DNA of 32,000 nt, taken from NCBI GenBank assembly GCA_010028705.1, contig RHAI01000010.1, forward strand, positions 5,506-37,505. Reading direction: 5' to 3'. Shown piece by piece: positions 8,686 to 17,457 of this stretch; the first letter of the stretch is position 1, and every line of letters starts with the position of its first letter. The notes below the pieces were generated by a model. The model searched no databases. It was not told the origin of the DNA and saw nothing but the letters and a program-made list of their open reading frames with translations. Source of the stretch: a bacterium (GTDB lineage Bacteria; Margulisbacteria; Marinamargulisbacteria; SXXA01). The translations under genes and the position numbers were made by a program.

Positions 8686-10929
8686 ATGAGTCTTTCTCAG
8701 TCGGATTTGGCGGCCATACGAGAGTTATTACAACGGGAACCCACGCCTGTTGAGTATTATATTTTTGACGCGATGTGGTCTGAACATTGCTCGTACAAAT
8801 CGAGTAAAGCGGTGCTTAAGGCTAACTTGCCAACGCAGGGGTCGGAAGTTGCACTTGGAATCGGGGAGGATTCGGGAATTATTCGATTCGTGAGGCATGA
8901 TGGCAAACAGTACTGTCTGGCGATATCACATGAATCGCACAATCATCCGAGTCAAATTTTGCCGATTGAAGGCGCGGCAACCGGTGTGGGAGGGGTGGTT
9001 CGAGATGTGTATTGCATGGGTGCCGATGTTATTGGGGTTCTCAATTCTCTACATTTCGGAATAAGTGACGATCCGCAATCGGTTGTGCATACGATTTCTA
9101 AGAATGTGGTGCTGGGGGTTTCGGACTACGCCAATCCGTTGGGTGTTCCTGTCTTGGGTGGGGAAACGGTGTATCATCCATCCTATAATGACAATTGCTT
9201 GGTAAACGTGGCTGCGATCGGATTGATCGAGGAATCAAAAATTATTCATAGCTACGTTCCCGATAATGCTCAAACAGAGCCATACGACATCATTTTATTT
9301 GGCAAAAGTACGGATGCAACTGGCTTTGGAGGCGCAAGTTTTTCGTCAGCGACCTTGGATAAGGAGAATGATGTTCAAAATGTCGGTGCAGTCCAGGTAC
9401 ATGACCCTTTCCTTAAACGGGTGTTAGTCGAGGCAATTAAAACATTACTTCGGGTGGTTGACGAAAAAAAGGTTCCGATCGGCTTTAAAGACCTTGGTGC
9501 GGGTGGTATTTGTTGTGCGACATCTGAAATTGCAGTCGGGGCGGGAATGGGGGTCGAAATCGACTTAGATAACGTCAACGTTGCATTAACGGACTTGAAA
9601 CCTGAGGTGATTGCATGTTCCGAGACGCAGGAGCGTTTTTGCTTGGCAGTGCCTCGTTGGTTTTCTGGTGAGGTACTTAAAATTTTTAACGACGAGTTTG
9701 CCCTCCCATCGATATACCCCAATGCGGGGGCGGCCGTGATTGGGCAGGTTATTCATGAGAATCGATATCTTGTTCGGCACCGGGGAGCGGTTGTCGCTGA
9801 CTTGCCAGTATCGGCTATTACCACCGAGGTAACTGCCAATCGGGTCGCCGCGCCTCGACCTATTTCTGCCGATGCTGTCGATCCTGCCCCATGGTCTATT
9901 GATCAACATCGTTCAGTTGCCGAGCGGTTAATGGGCCTCCCAAATATGATGTCCAAACGCTTCGTGTTTCGGCATTTTGATAACGCCGTTCGCGGTGATA
10001 CGGTGGTGTATCCCGGCGAGGCTGATTCAGTGTTGGTTACCCCCATTGAGGGGTGTCCGGCTGCGGTTGCCGTGAGTATGGATTCAAATTTATATGGCAA
10101 GTCGGATCCTTATGTGAGCGGCGCCTATGCCGTAGCTGAAGCGGTTCGTAATGTAATTGCGGTGGGCGGCCGACCCTTATGTGTCACCGATTGCTTGAAT
10201 TTTGGAAACCCTGAAAACCCAGATGCATTTTTTGAATTTTGCGAAAGTGTTCGCGGCATTGGAGATGCCTCTCGAGCGTTTGGATTTATACCCAACGAGC
10301 CTCTACCGGTAATATCTGGGAACGTTAGCCTTTATAACGAATCCAAGACGGGAAGCGCGGTTATCCCATCGCCTGTTATTGTCGTCATTGGCCGAGTCGA
10401 TGATTATCGGAAAGCCACGGTGATGTCGTTCCCAGCCTCGGGGCTAAATGTGATTCGAGTGGGTAAAATGTACCCGGAATTTGGTGGTACACAAATTCAA
10501 AATTTGGTCACTGGTTTAAACGACGTTGCTCCCCAGGTTCGGTTTGATCCCGAGTCTCGCTCAAATATGGCGATATTTGCTGCGATCGACCAGTCCCTGG
10601 TGGCTGCGGCACACGATATTTCTGGAGGCGGAACCCTCGGGTGTATTTTTGAGATGTGTTTTGGATTATTAGGTAACGACGCCTTTGGCGCGACTTTATC
10701 TGTCCGGGGTAATGCAGTGACTGAATTGTACGCTGAAAATGGGGGCTATATTGTGGCCGTTCATCCGGACAACCTAGACCAATTTGAACAATTAATGATG
10801 TCTCACGGTGTGGAGTGGACGCATTTAGGAGAAACAACGGATGCCCAATCGGTGGATCTCACAACTGACGACGGCCAGTTTGTTATTAATCTGTCCAGCA
10901 TTCGTGACGTGTGGAATCCTGAACTATGA
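8686..10929 (+). CDS. purL: Phosphoribosylformylglycinamidine synthase subunit PurL (small form)
   Basis: 'PVEYYIFDAMWSEHCSYKSSK', 'GIGEDSGIIRF', 'ESHNHPSQILPIEGAATGVGGVVRDV'. The listed ORF starts at 8656 (TTG), but ATG 8686 preceded by AAAAGGAA (8671-8678) is the better start. Confidence 0.96.
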   Translation: MSLSQSDLAAIRELLQREPTPVEYYIFDAMWSEHCSYKSSKAVLKANLPTQGSEVALGIGEDSGIIRFVRHDGKQYCLAISHESHNHPSQILPIEGAATGVGGVVRDVYCMGADVIGVLNSLHFGISDDPQSVVHTISKNVVLGVSDYANPLGVPVLGGETVYHPSYNDNCLVNVAAIGLIEESKIIHSYVPDNAQTEPYDIILFGKSTDATGFGGASFSSATLDKENDVQNVGAVQVHDPFLKRVLVEAIKTLLRVVDEKKVPIGFKDLGAGGICCATSEIAVGAGMGVEIDLDNVNVALTDLKPEVIACSETQERFCLAVPRWFSGEVLKIFNDEFALPSIYPNAGAAVIGQVIHENRYLVRHRGAVVADLPVSAITTEVTANRVAAPRPISADAVDPAPWSIDQHRSVAERLMGLPNMMSKRFVFRHFDNAVRGDTVVYPGEADSVLVTPIEGCPAAVAVSMDSNLYGKSDPYVSGAYAVAEAVRNVIAVGGRPLCVTDCLNFGNPENPDAFFEFCESVRGIGDASRAFGFIPNEPLPVISGNVSLYNESKTGSAVIPSPVIVVIGRVDDYRKATVMSFPASGLNVIRVGKMYPEFGGTQIQNLVTGLNDVAPQVRFDPESRSNMAIFAAIDQSLVAAAHDISGGGTLGCIFEMCFGLLGNDAFGATLSVRGNAVTELYAENGGYIVAVHPDNLDQFEQLMMSHGVEWTHLGETTDAQSVDLTTDDGQFVINLSSIRDVWNPEL

Positions 10930-11873
10930 TCGCTGTCCTGCGGGCTGTAGGAATCTTTCTCGTTAGTGCGACACTCTGTGCAGGGCTTTCGGCGGCGGAC
11001 CCGGTGGACGGTCGAAAAATAATTCAGCCGAGAGATGAGCTCGAATTACGCTTTAAAGATGGATTGCAATTGGAACAATCTCGCTTATTTGCTCAGTCAA
11101 AAATTCAGTATTCTGAAATTATTCGGCAGTACATTCGTGCATCGGATGCCGGCCGATCGAAAGAAATCCTAGCATCTCAATTGCCCGTGATTTTAGCCAG
11201 CTCCTATCGATTAGTTATCGTTACGGCACGTGATAATTACTCTAATCCCCATCCATTGGTCGTTCAATTGGATTCATTTCAAGATGCTCAAACCTTAATT
11301 GATCGCGTCTTTACGATTGTAGGGGACCTTCGCAAATTGGGGCTTGTGCATCGGCCGGTATATGAGACGTTATATTTTTCACGAGCCATCAATCGATTGG
11401 CATGGGCCAACAAATTATTACTGGGTGCGGCTTGGAAAAATTACTTAATTTGTCCTCCAGCCGACATTGTCGGAATGGTTTACTTGGCCCAGACTGATTT
11501 GGAACAAGTGCTTACGTTTCAAGATCTGCCGATCAATAGCAAGGCATTAATCGGCGGCAAATCGTCTGACTTGGGGCAGATTCTCTCGGATAGATTTTTA
11601 GAAAAATATAAAGCAATGGGAAAAGATTCCGCCGAAGTGAGGGCGGTGAGGCTGATGAATTCAGAGGATGATTTAGTACTTACATCGCGAGTTATGGCTC
11701 GACGGACCTCATCTCAAATTTACGATACATTGGAATTTTTAGACCTTCCGGACACCCAACGCATACTGGCCGCCGGTAAATCGAGTTATTCGCTGGATCG
11801 ATTGCTATCGAAAGAGTCTGAACCACTATTTAAAACACTGGATCATCTGGTGGGACTGGTCGGTATTTTTTAG
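10926..11873 (+). CDS. Uncharacterised exported or membrane-anchored protein, 315 aa
   Basis: ATGA overlap with the purL stop. N-terminal signal-like 'MIAVLRAVGIFLVSATLCAGLSAADP'. No family recognised. Confidence 0.75.
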   Translation: MIAVLRAVGIFLVSATLCAGLSAADPVDGRKIIQPRDELELRFKDGLQLEQSRLFAQSKIQYSEIIRQYIRASDAGRSKEILASQLPVILASSYRLVIVTARDNYSNPHPLVVQLDSFQDAQTLIDRVFTIVGDLRKLGLVHRPVYETLYFSRAINRLAWANKLLLGAAWKNYLICPPADIVGMVYLAQTDLEQVLTFQDLPINSKALIGGKSSDLGQILSDRFLEKYKAMGKDSAEVRAVRLMNSEDDLVLTSRVMARRTSSQIYDTLEFLDLPDTQRILAAGKSSYSLDRLLSKESEPLFKTLDHLVGLVGIF

Positions 11874-11894
11874 GTTGAGGCGCATTCAGGCACG

Positions 11895-13958
11895 ATGAAT
11901 TCTACCTTGGGGGACCCCATTCGAGTGGATGATTATACGCGGCGACAGCTGCTTCGGTTGGGTATCGAACGAGTGTCTGACGCGTTATATTATTTTCCTC
12001 GCTCCTATCAAGATCGGCGCAATATCCCCTTGATTTCGATGCTGGTACCGACACAGTCTCAGTTTGCGACCGGCGCGATTGAGGCCGTCCAAGAAGAAAT
12101 CGCCAAAAATCGATTGTCGATAATCAAAGTACAGATTCGGGATTCGAGTGGTCGACTGGAACTGGTGTTTTTTAATCAGGCATATTTGATTAAGATTCTA
12201 AAAGTGGGTCTATGGGTCGTGGTCTCCGGTAAATTAGATGTACAACCATTCACTGGGACACGGCAATTTATCGTGGCGGAGTTGGATGTCATTCGTAATG
12301 AATCGGATCGGTTAAGCTCGGTGGGTTGTATTGTTCCCATTTACGGCTTAACCCAAGGGGTGTATCAATCGGTTGTTCGGTCGGCAATTGCGAATATCCT
12401 CGCGAAGGTTGACCACCACATCCCAGACCATCTTCCTCAAACCGTACGGGACCGACTTAATCTTATGCCGTTGAGTCAGGCAATAATAGAGCTTCATCGT
12501 CCGTCTCGACCTGAAATGGCGTCAGCTGCCCGTCAACGTATTGTTTTTGATGAATTTTTGAGATTTCAAATGGGTATGGTTGAAAAACGTCAAGTGGCTC
12601 GACGCGAAGTCAGCTCTGTGCATTTGTCGGGCCAGAATGAGTTGACAGCTGCGTATATTAACCAATTGGCGTATCGGTTAACTGACGCGCAATCTCGAGC
12701 TATTCGGGAGTTAGTGAGTGATGTGACGAGCGGATATCGAATGAACCGATTGCTCCAAGGCGATGTCGGAAGTGGGAAAACCGACGTGATTGCGGTCGCT
12801 TTGTTAATGGCGGTTGGCTCGGGCTATCAGGCGGCTGTTATGGTCCCGACGGAAGTTTTGGCTGAGCAGCATTTTCGGCGGTTTTGTGGGCAACTTTCGG
12901 CGATAAATGTTGAGGTCTTTTTGCTGAAGGGGGGGCAGCGAAGTAAAGAACGTCGAAACGTATTGGAGAAATTAGCAACGGGGGATCCATTGGTTGTTGT
13001 TGGCACCCACGCGTTAATCGAAGACGCTGTGGTCATTCCCCGATTGGGGATGGTTGTGGTGGATGAACAGCATCGATTTGGCGTTGTTCAGCGGATGAAA
13101 TTGCAGCAGAAATCAACGGCCCCACATTGTCTGTATACGACCGCTACGCCTATTCCTAGGTCATTTATGTTGAGTGTGTTTGGTGAACTTGAAAAAACAA
13201 TTATTGATGAGATGCCGCCGGGGCGTTTGCCGGCAGACACACAGTATTTCCCGCTCAGTAGTCAGCGAGATGTGTGGAATTTATGTCGATACCAATTACA
13301 ACTTGGTCGGCAAATATATGTCGTTTATCCATTAGTTGATGAATCTGAGAAAACTGATTTGCAGTCGGCGATTCAAGGATTTGAATTGCTAAAAGGTATG
13401 TTTGATGACGTCGAGGTAGGGTTGGTTCATGGTCGAATGACTGGGAACGACAAAAACGATCGCATGACACGCTTTAAGCAAGGTGTAATAAAAATTCTGG
13501 TGTCGACGACAGTCATTGAGGTGGGAATCGACGTTCCCAACGCGTCAGTCATGATTATAGTCAATGCGGAACGTTTTGGATTATCTCAGTTACACCAATT
13601 GAGGGGGCGAGTGGGTCGTGGCGCGTACAAAAGCTATTGTATTCTCCTTGGTGAAAAAACGACAAAAATGGCACGAGAACGAATTAACGCAATGGTGACT
13701 ACACATGATGGGTTTAAGTTAGCCGAGCTGGATTTGAAATTGCGAGGGCCTGGTGAAATATTGGGAACGAAACAATCGGGGTTGCCGGAGTTTAAGCTGG
13801 GAGATCTTGTTAATGACGAGCCATTGTTGCATTTGGCCTATCGTGTCGCTCGGAAAATTTTTGAACAGGATCCGGAATTGTCCGCGTCTGACCATCAGCC
13901 ACTCGCACAGTGGTTTCGCCGGTATCAATCGTTTTCGCCTGAGGAGGTATTAAACTAA
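11895..13958 (+). CDS. recG: ATP-dependent DNA helicase RecG
   Basis: N-terminal wedge/OB 'DALYYFPRSYQDRRN', Walker A 'LLQGDVGSGKTDV', 'VVDEQHRFGVVQR', 'LYTTATPIPRS', 'QLHQLRGRVGRG'. Confidence 0.96.
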   Translation: MNSTLGDPIRVDDYTRRQLLRLGIERVSDALYYFPRSYQDRRNIPLISMLVPTQSQFATGAIEAVQEEIAKNRLSIIKVQIRDSSGRLELVFFNQAYLIKILKVGLWVVVSGKLDVQPFTGTRQFIVAELDVIRNESDRLSSVGCIVPIYGLTQGVYQSVVRSAIANILAKVDHHIPDHLPQTVRDRLNLMPLSQAIIELHRPSRPEMASAARQRIVFDEFLRFQMGMVEKRQVARREVSSVHLSGQNELTAAYINQLAYRLTDAQSRAIRELVSDVTSGYRMNRLLQGDVGSGKTDVIAVALLMAVGSGYQAAVMVPTEVLAEQHFRRFCGQLSAINVEVFLLKGGQRSKERRNVLEKLATGDPLVVVGTHALIEDAVVIPRLGMVVVDEQHRFGVVQRMKLQQKSTAPHCLYTTATPIPRSFMLSVFGELEKTIIDEMPPGRLPADTQYFPLSSQRDVWNLCRYQLQLGRQIYVVYPLVDESEKTDLQSAIQGFELLKGMFDDVEVGLVHGRMTGNDKNDRMTRFKQGVIKILVSTTVIEVGIDVPNASVMIIVNAERFGLSQLHQLRGRVGRGAYKSYCILLGEKTTKMARERINAMVTTHDGFKLAELDLKLRGPGEILGTKQSGLPEFKLGDLVNDEPLLHLAYRVARKIFEQDPELSASDHQPLAQWFRRYQSFSPEEVLN

Positions 13959-14530
13959 TGCGTATTACATCGGGTTTATTTAAGGGCTACCCGTTGGTCT
14001 ATCCCAAAACAAAATCATTTCGGCCGACTCAGGAAAAAGTGCGGTCTGCGGTATTTGACTCGATTCGTAATGAATTGAATGGCGCTCATTTTTTGGACTT
14101 ATGTTGCGGAACTGGTGCGATAGGATTTGAGGCCCTGTCCCGAGGGGCAAATCATATTACTCTGGTCGATATTGATATCCATTTTGCTGGACGAAATCGC
14201 GATGCCCTACTGGCCCGCGTTCCAGATTCGGACCGTGAGGGTATATCTAAAAAAATTACGTTGATTCGTTCAAACGTTCGGGATTATGCCCGTCGATGGC
14301 GGACCCACTTCGATGTTGTATTTGTTGATCCGCCATGGGACCGTGATGATATCTACAGGGACGTAGTTGATCTTGTCGACGGGTCGGATATGCTACGGCC
14401 TGACGGAATCCTTGTCTGTGAACACCGATGTCGACGTCCGGTCCCAATTCCTGAAACGTTGTCATTAGTGTCTCATTATTCATATGGACAAACTGAAATT
14501 TCGATTATTTCCAGAAAGGAGTCGGTATGA
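13958..14530 (+). CDS. rsmD: 16S rRNA (guanine966-N2)-methyltransferase RsmD
   Basis: 'FRPTQEKVRSAVFDSI', 'FLDLCCGTGAIGFEALSRGA', 'FVDPPW' (DPPF/W motif). TAATG overlap with recG. Confidence 0.93.
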   Translation: MRITSGLFKGYPLVYPKTKSFRPTQEKVRSAVFDSIRNELNGAHFLDLCCGTGAIGFEALSRGANHITLVDIDIHFAGRNRDALLARVPDSDREGISKKITLIRSNVRDYARRWRTHFDVVFVDPPWDRDDIYRDVVDLVDGSDMLRPDGILVCEHRCRRPVPIPETLSLVSHYSYGQTEISIISRKESV

Positions 14531-15006
14531 AAACGGCTATTTACCCGGGGAGTTTTGATCCAATTACCAACGGACATATCGACGTCATTTCTCGGGCCCT
14601 CGCTATTTTTGACCGTGTTGTCGTGGGTGTTATTCATAATCCCTCAAAAGCCCCATTATTTGAGCTCAATGAGCGAATGGCTATGATTCAAGAGTTGTTT
14701 GTTCACGAACCCCGGCTCAGCGTAAATACCTTTAATGGCTTGTTAATTGATTTTGCTAAAGAGCAGAATGTTTTTAATATTATTCGTGGGCTTCGGGCGG
14801 TGTCAGATTTCGATTATGAGTTCCAAATGGCGATTACCAATCGACACTTAAGTCCTCAGTTGGATACTATTTTTTTAATGACCGATGTAACCTATTCTTA
14901 TTTAAGCTCTAGTTTGGTAAAACAAGTTGCAAAATACGGTGGCGATGTATCTACTTTTGTTCCCCTGTTAGTAGAGTCGCATTTGAAGGACAAATTAAAT
15001 GAATGA
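14527..15006 (+). CDS. coaD: Pantetheine-phosphate adenylyltransferase
   Basis: 'AIYPGSFDPITNGHIDVISRA', 'NIIRGLRAVSDFDYEFQMA', 'YSYLSSSLVKQVAKYGGDV'. Confidence 0.97.
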   Translation: MKTAIYPGSFDPITNGHIDVISRALAIFDRVVVGVIHNPSKAPLFELNERMAMIQELFVHEPRLSVNTFNGLLIDFAKEQNVFNIIRGLRAVSDFDYEFQMAITNRHLSPQLDTIFLMTDVTYSYLSSSLVKQVAKYGGDVSTFVPLLVESHLKDKLNE

Positions 15007-15433
15007 AATATTGGGCATCATCGATTCGATTGAAGCTACGGTTCTCGACGGGAAAAAAGTGCCGTTTTCGGACAAGGTACTAATGGACGAGAAGCGCCTT
15101 CTCAATTTATTGGATAAATTGAGATATGTGATAAAAAACGATCCCGAATCGATTCGGCGGTCGATCGAGACGGGTACAATGACACCATCGACGCCAGCCC
15201 CGACGCCAGTTGTTATTGAGACTCCAGTGGCGATACATCCGGATGTGTTGCGTCAGGCTGATGACGAAAGTCAACGCCTTCGCAGAAATGCCGACGAATA
15301 TGCGGACAATGTACTCGCCCATCTTCAAATGCTTGTAACTCGCGCGCAAAAGAATTTGATCAAGCTGGAGCAAAGTATTGATTCTGGGAGACAAAATCTT
15401 GAAAACCGTCGCGCTGAAAAGGAGCTAGGATGA
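14999..15433 (+). CDS. DivIVA/ATPase-like coiled-coil protein, the type often found next to coaD
   Basis: N terminus 'IIDSIEATVLDGKKVPFSDKVLMDEKRLLNLLDKLRYVI' resembles the coaD-linked coiled-coil proteins of Clostridia-type genomes. Pro-rich linker, then a helical C-terminal half. Overlaps coaD by 8 nt. Confidence 0.65.
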   Translation: MNEILGIIDSIEATVLDGKKVPFSDKVLMDEKRLLNLLDKLRYVIKNDPESIRRSIETGTMTPSTPAPTPVVIETPVAIHPDVLRQADDESQRLRRNADEYADNVLAHLQMLVTRAQKNLIKLEQSIDSGRQNLENRRAEKELG

Positions 15434-16152
15434 CACCACGGTTAGACGGGCGAGCATGTCACGAGGCCCGATCAATTAGTGTCGTCAAACATTTTACCAA
15501 ATACGCGGCCGGTTCAGTTTTGATTTCATGTGGGGATACGAGGGTGCTATGTACCGCATCAATCGAGGAAAAAGTGCCCCATTTTCTAAAGGATTCTGGG
15601 CAGGGGTGGTTAACCGCCGAATATTCCCTATTGCCATCCTCGACATTAACGCGAGTGCCTCGGGAGATTAATAAAGGGAAACCGACAGGGCGTACGAGCG
15701 AAATTCAGCGTATTATTGGGCGTAGTTTACGGGCGGCAGTGGATCTGAAGCGTCTGGGGGAGCGTACGATTCATATCGATTGCGATGTGTTACAAGCCGA
15801 TGGGGGAACTCGGACGACATCCGTTACGGGCGCCATGATTGCATTGTCAGATGCGATTCAGTCCTTGATCGTCAATGGCGATCTGAGGCAAACCCCGATT
15901 GTTGGGATTGTTTCTGCGATTAGTGTTGGCATTGTTAATGGGGATGTGATGTGTGATTTGAACTATTCTGAAGATTCTAGAGCCGATGTGGATATGAATG
16001 TTGTCATGTTGAATGCGGAGACTTTTGTTGAAATCCAGGGAACCGCCGAAAACCGACCGTACACGCGGGCTCAGTTAGACGGTATGCTGGGCGTGGCTCA
16101 GGATGCATTAACAACCACTAACGCCATCATTCAGCCTCTGTTATCGATTTAA
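15430..16152 (+). CDS. rph: Ribonuclease PH
   Basis: 'GSVLISCGDTRVLCTASIEEKVP', 'GWLTAEYSLLPSST', 'EIQRIIGRSLRAAVDL', 'DCDVLQADGGTRTTSVTGA'. ATGA overlap with the previous gene. Confidence 0.96.
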   Translation: MTPRLDGRACHEARSISVVKHFTKYAAGSVLISCGDTRVLCTASIEEKVPHFLKDSGQGWLTAEYSLLPSSTLTRVPREINKGKPTGRTSEIQRIIGRSLRAAVDLKRLGERTIHIDCDVLQADGGTRTTSVTGAMIALSDAIQSLIVNGDLRQTPIVGIVSAISVGIVNGDVMCDLNYSEDSRADVDMNVVMLNAETFVEIQGTAENRPYTRAQLDGMLGVAQDALTTTNAIIQPLLSI

Positions 16153-17063
16153 TGCGTCGCCAGTTGTTGTGGGGTGGGGCAGGGGTTGTTTTGGGAATGA
16201 CGATTGTGCTGATCGTGGGATGGGCGCCTGTACATCCCTTCCCCGTGCTAAACCGTATCGATGTGTTGGTCAGAACTGAATATGTCAATCCGTCGATTAA
16301 CCGGGAACGGTTAGAGGCTGGGGCGATTCGTGGATATTTGGACGCGATTAACGATCCGTATACTCGATGGATTGACGCTAATACATTTCGGCATATAAAA
16401 CGTCGAATGTCTGGCCAGGACGATTCGGCGACGCCGACATCGACTGTTACTGCGATGAAATTAATCCATTCTACTGGCTATATACGGATTGGTGCGTTTG
16501 ACAGTATATCTGGGGCCCATGATGTTGAAGTTTCGGTTAAGGCGTTAACGCAGCAGGGAGCCCAAGCGTTAATTGTGGATGTTCGAAACAACTCGGGGGG
16601 GCTTTACATGACGGCAGCAAATGTTGCTCGGTTATTTTTGCAGACTGGAGTGGTTGTGCAAATGATAAATCGGTCCGGAAAAATATCGATTGAGCGGGTA
16701 AGATCTCCTGGAAAATTTGTCACGATTCCAATGGTGGTACTCGTGAATGACCGTTCGGCTTCCGCGGCGGAGATATTTGCGGCGGCAATTCAGGAAAACG
16801 GGCGGGGTAAAATTGTGGGTAATCCAACCTACGGTAAGGCGGCGATGCAACGATTATTTCCACTGCCTGGAGGATCGGCTTTAATGCTGACTACCGCACG
16901 ATATTTGACTCCGGGTGGGAGAGATATTTCCAAAGTGGGGATCATACCGAACAATATGGTAGCTAAATTGGTGGATTCGGATGTCAATGGCGAGGATCCC
17001 CAGTTGGAGATCGCGATTCGCCTATTGGGAGGGATAGGTGACGGCTTGGGGTCGGTTCGTTAA
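16152..17063 (+). CDS. S41-family C-terminal processing peptidase, apparently without a PDZ domain
   Basis: 'IRGYLDAINDPYTRWID', 'ALIVDVRNNSGG', catalytic-Ser region 'VLVNDRSASAAEIFAAAIQENGRGKIVG', catalytic-Lys region 'TYGKAAMQ', 'TARYLTPGGRDISKVGIIPN'. TAATG overlap with rph. Confidence 0.88.
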   Translation: MRRQLLWGGAGVVLGMTIVLIVGWAPVHPFPVLNRIDVLVRTEYVNPSINRERLEAGAIRGYLDAINDPYTRWIDANTFRHIKRRMSGQDDSATPTSTVTAMKLIHSTGYIRIGAFDSISGAHDVEVSVKALTQQGAQALIVDVRNNSGGLYMTAANVARLFLQTGVVVQMINRSGKISIERVRSPGKFVTIPMVVLVNDRSASAAEIFAAAIQENGRGKIVGNPTYGKAAMQRLFPLPGGSALMLTTARYLTPGGRDISKVGIIPNNMVAKLVDSDVNGEDPQLEIAIRLLGGIGDGLGSVR

Positions 17064-17082
17064 CACGGCGTGAGTGTAAACC

Positions 17083-17457
17083 TTATGTGGTGGGTCCGGA
17101 GGGTTTCCCACGTTTAGATTTGGCCATTTTATCGAGCTGATATACAAAAGCTAAAACTTCAGCAACCAACGTGTAAAGCTCGGCAGGTATCTCAGAATTG
17201 AGGTCAAGTTTAGCTAGCAAGTCCGTCAGCGTTTCGTCTTCAAAAAACGGAATTCGATTTTCTTCCGCAAGTTCAAGTATTTTTTCAGCGACAGTTGCTT
17301 TGCCCGTAGCGACAATTTTGGGCGCTTTGTCTTTTCCTACCTGATATTTGATTGCAATCGCTTTGAGGTCTTTTTTCTCGGGAAGTTGCAATTCGTCAAG
17401 GTGACGTTTTAATTTGCGAGCTTTTTTATTTAAAAGGGATTGCGGTATTTTTTTCAT
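17083..17457 (-). CDS. FhlB-like protein (FlhB/YscU C-terminal-domain homologue, similar to B. subtilis YlqH)
   Basis: 'AIAIKYQVGKDKAPKIVATGKATVAEKILELAEENRIPFFEDETLTDLLAKLDLNSEIPAELYTLVAEVLAFVY' matches the FlhB cytoplasmic C-domain. There is no TM domain. Confidence 0.85.
   Translation of the reverse strand: MKKIPQSLLNKKARKLKRHLDELQLPEKKDLKAIAIKYQVGKDKAPKIVATGKATVAEKILELAEENRIPFFEDETLTDLLAKLDLNSEIPAELYTLVAEVLAFVYQLDKMAKSKRGKPSGPTT

Noticed and set aside
9375-9722. 115-aa minus-strand ORF inside purL (also 9586-9909, 10508-10837, 9903-10100)
   Set aside because: Opposite strand of a clearly conserved gene, low-complexity composition, no motifs. Shadow ORFs.
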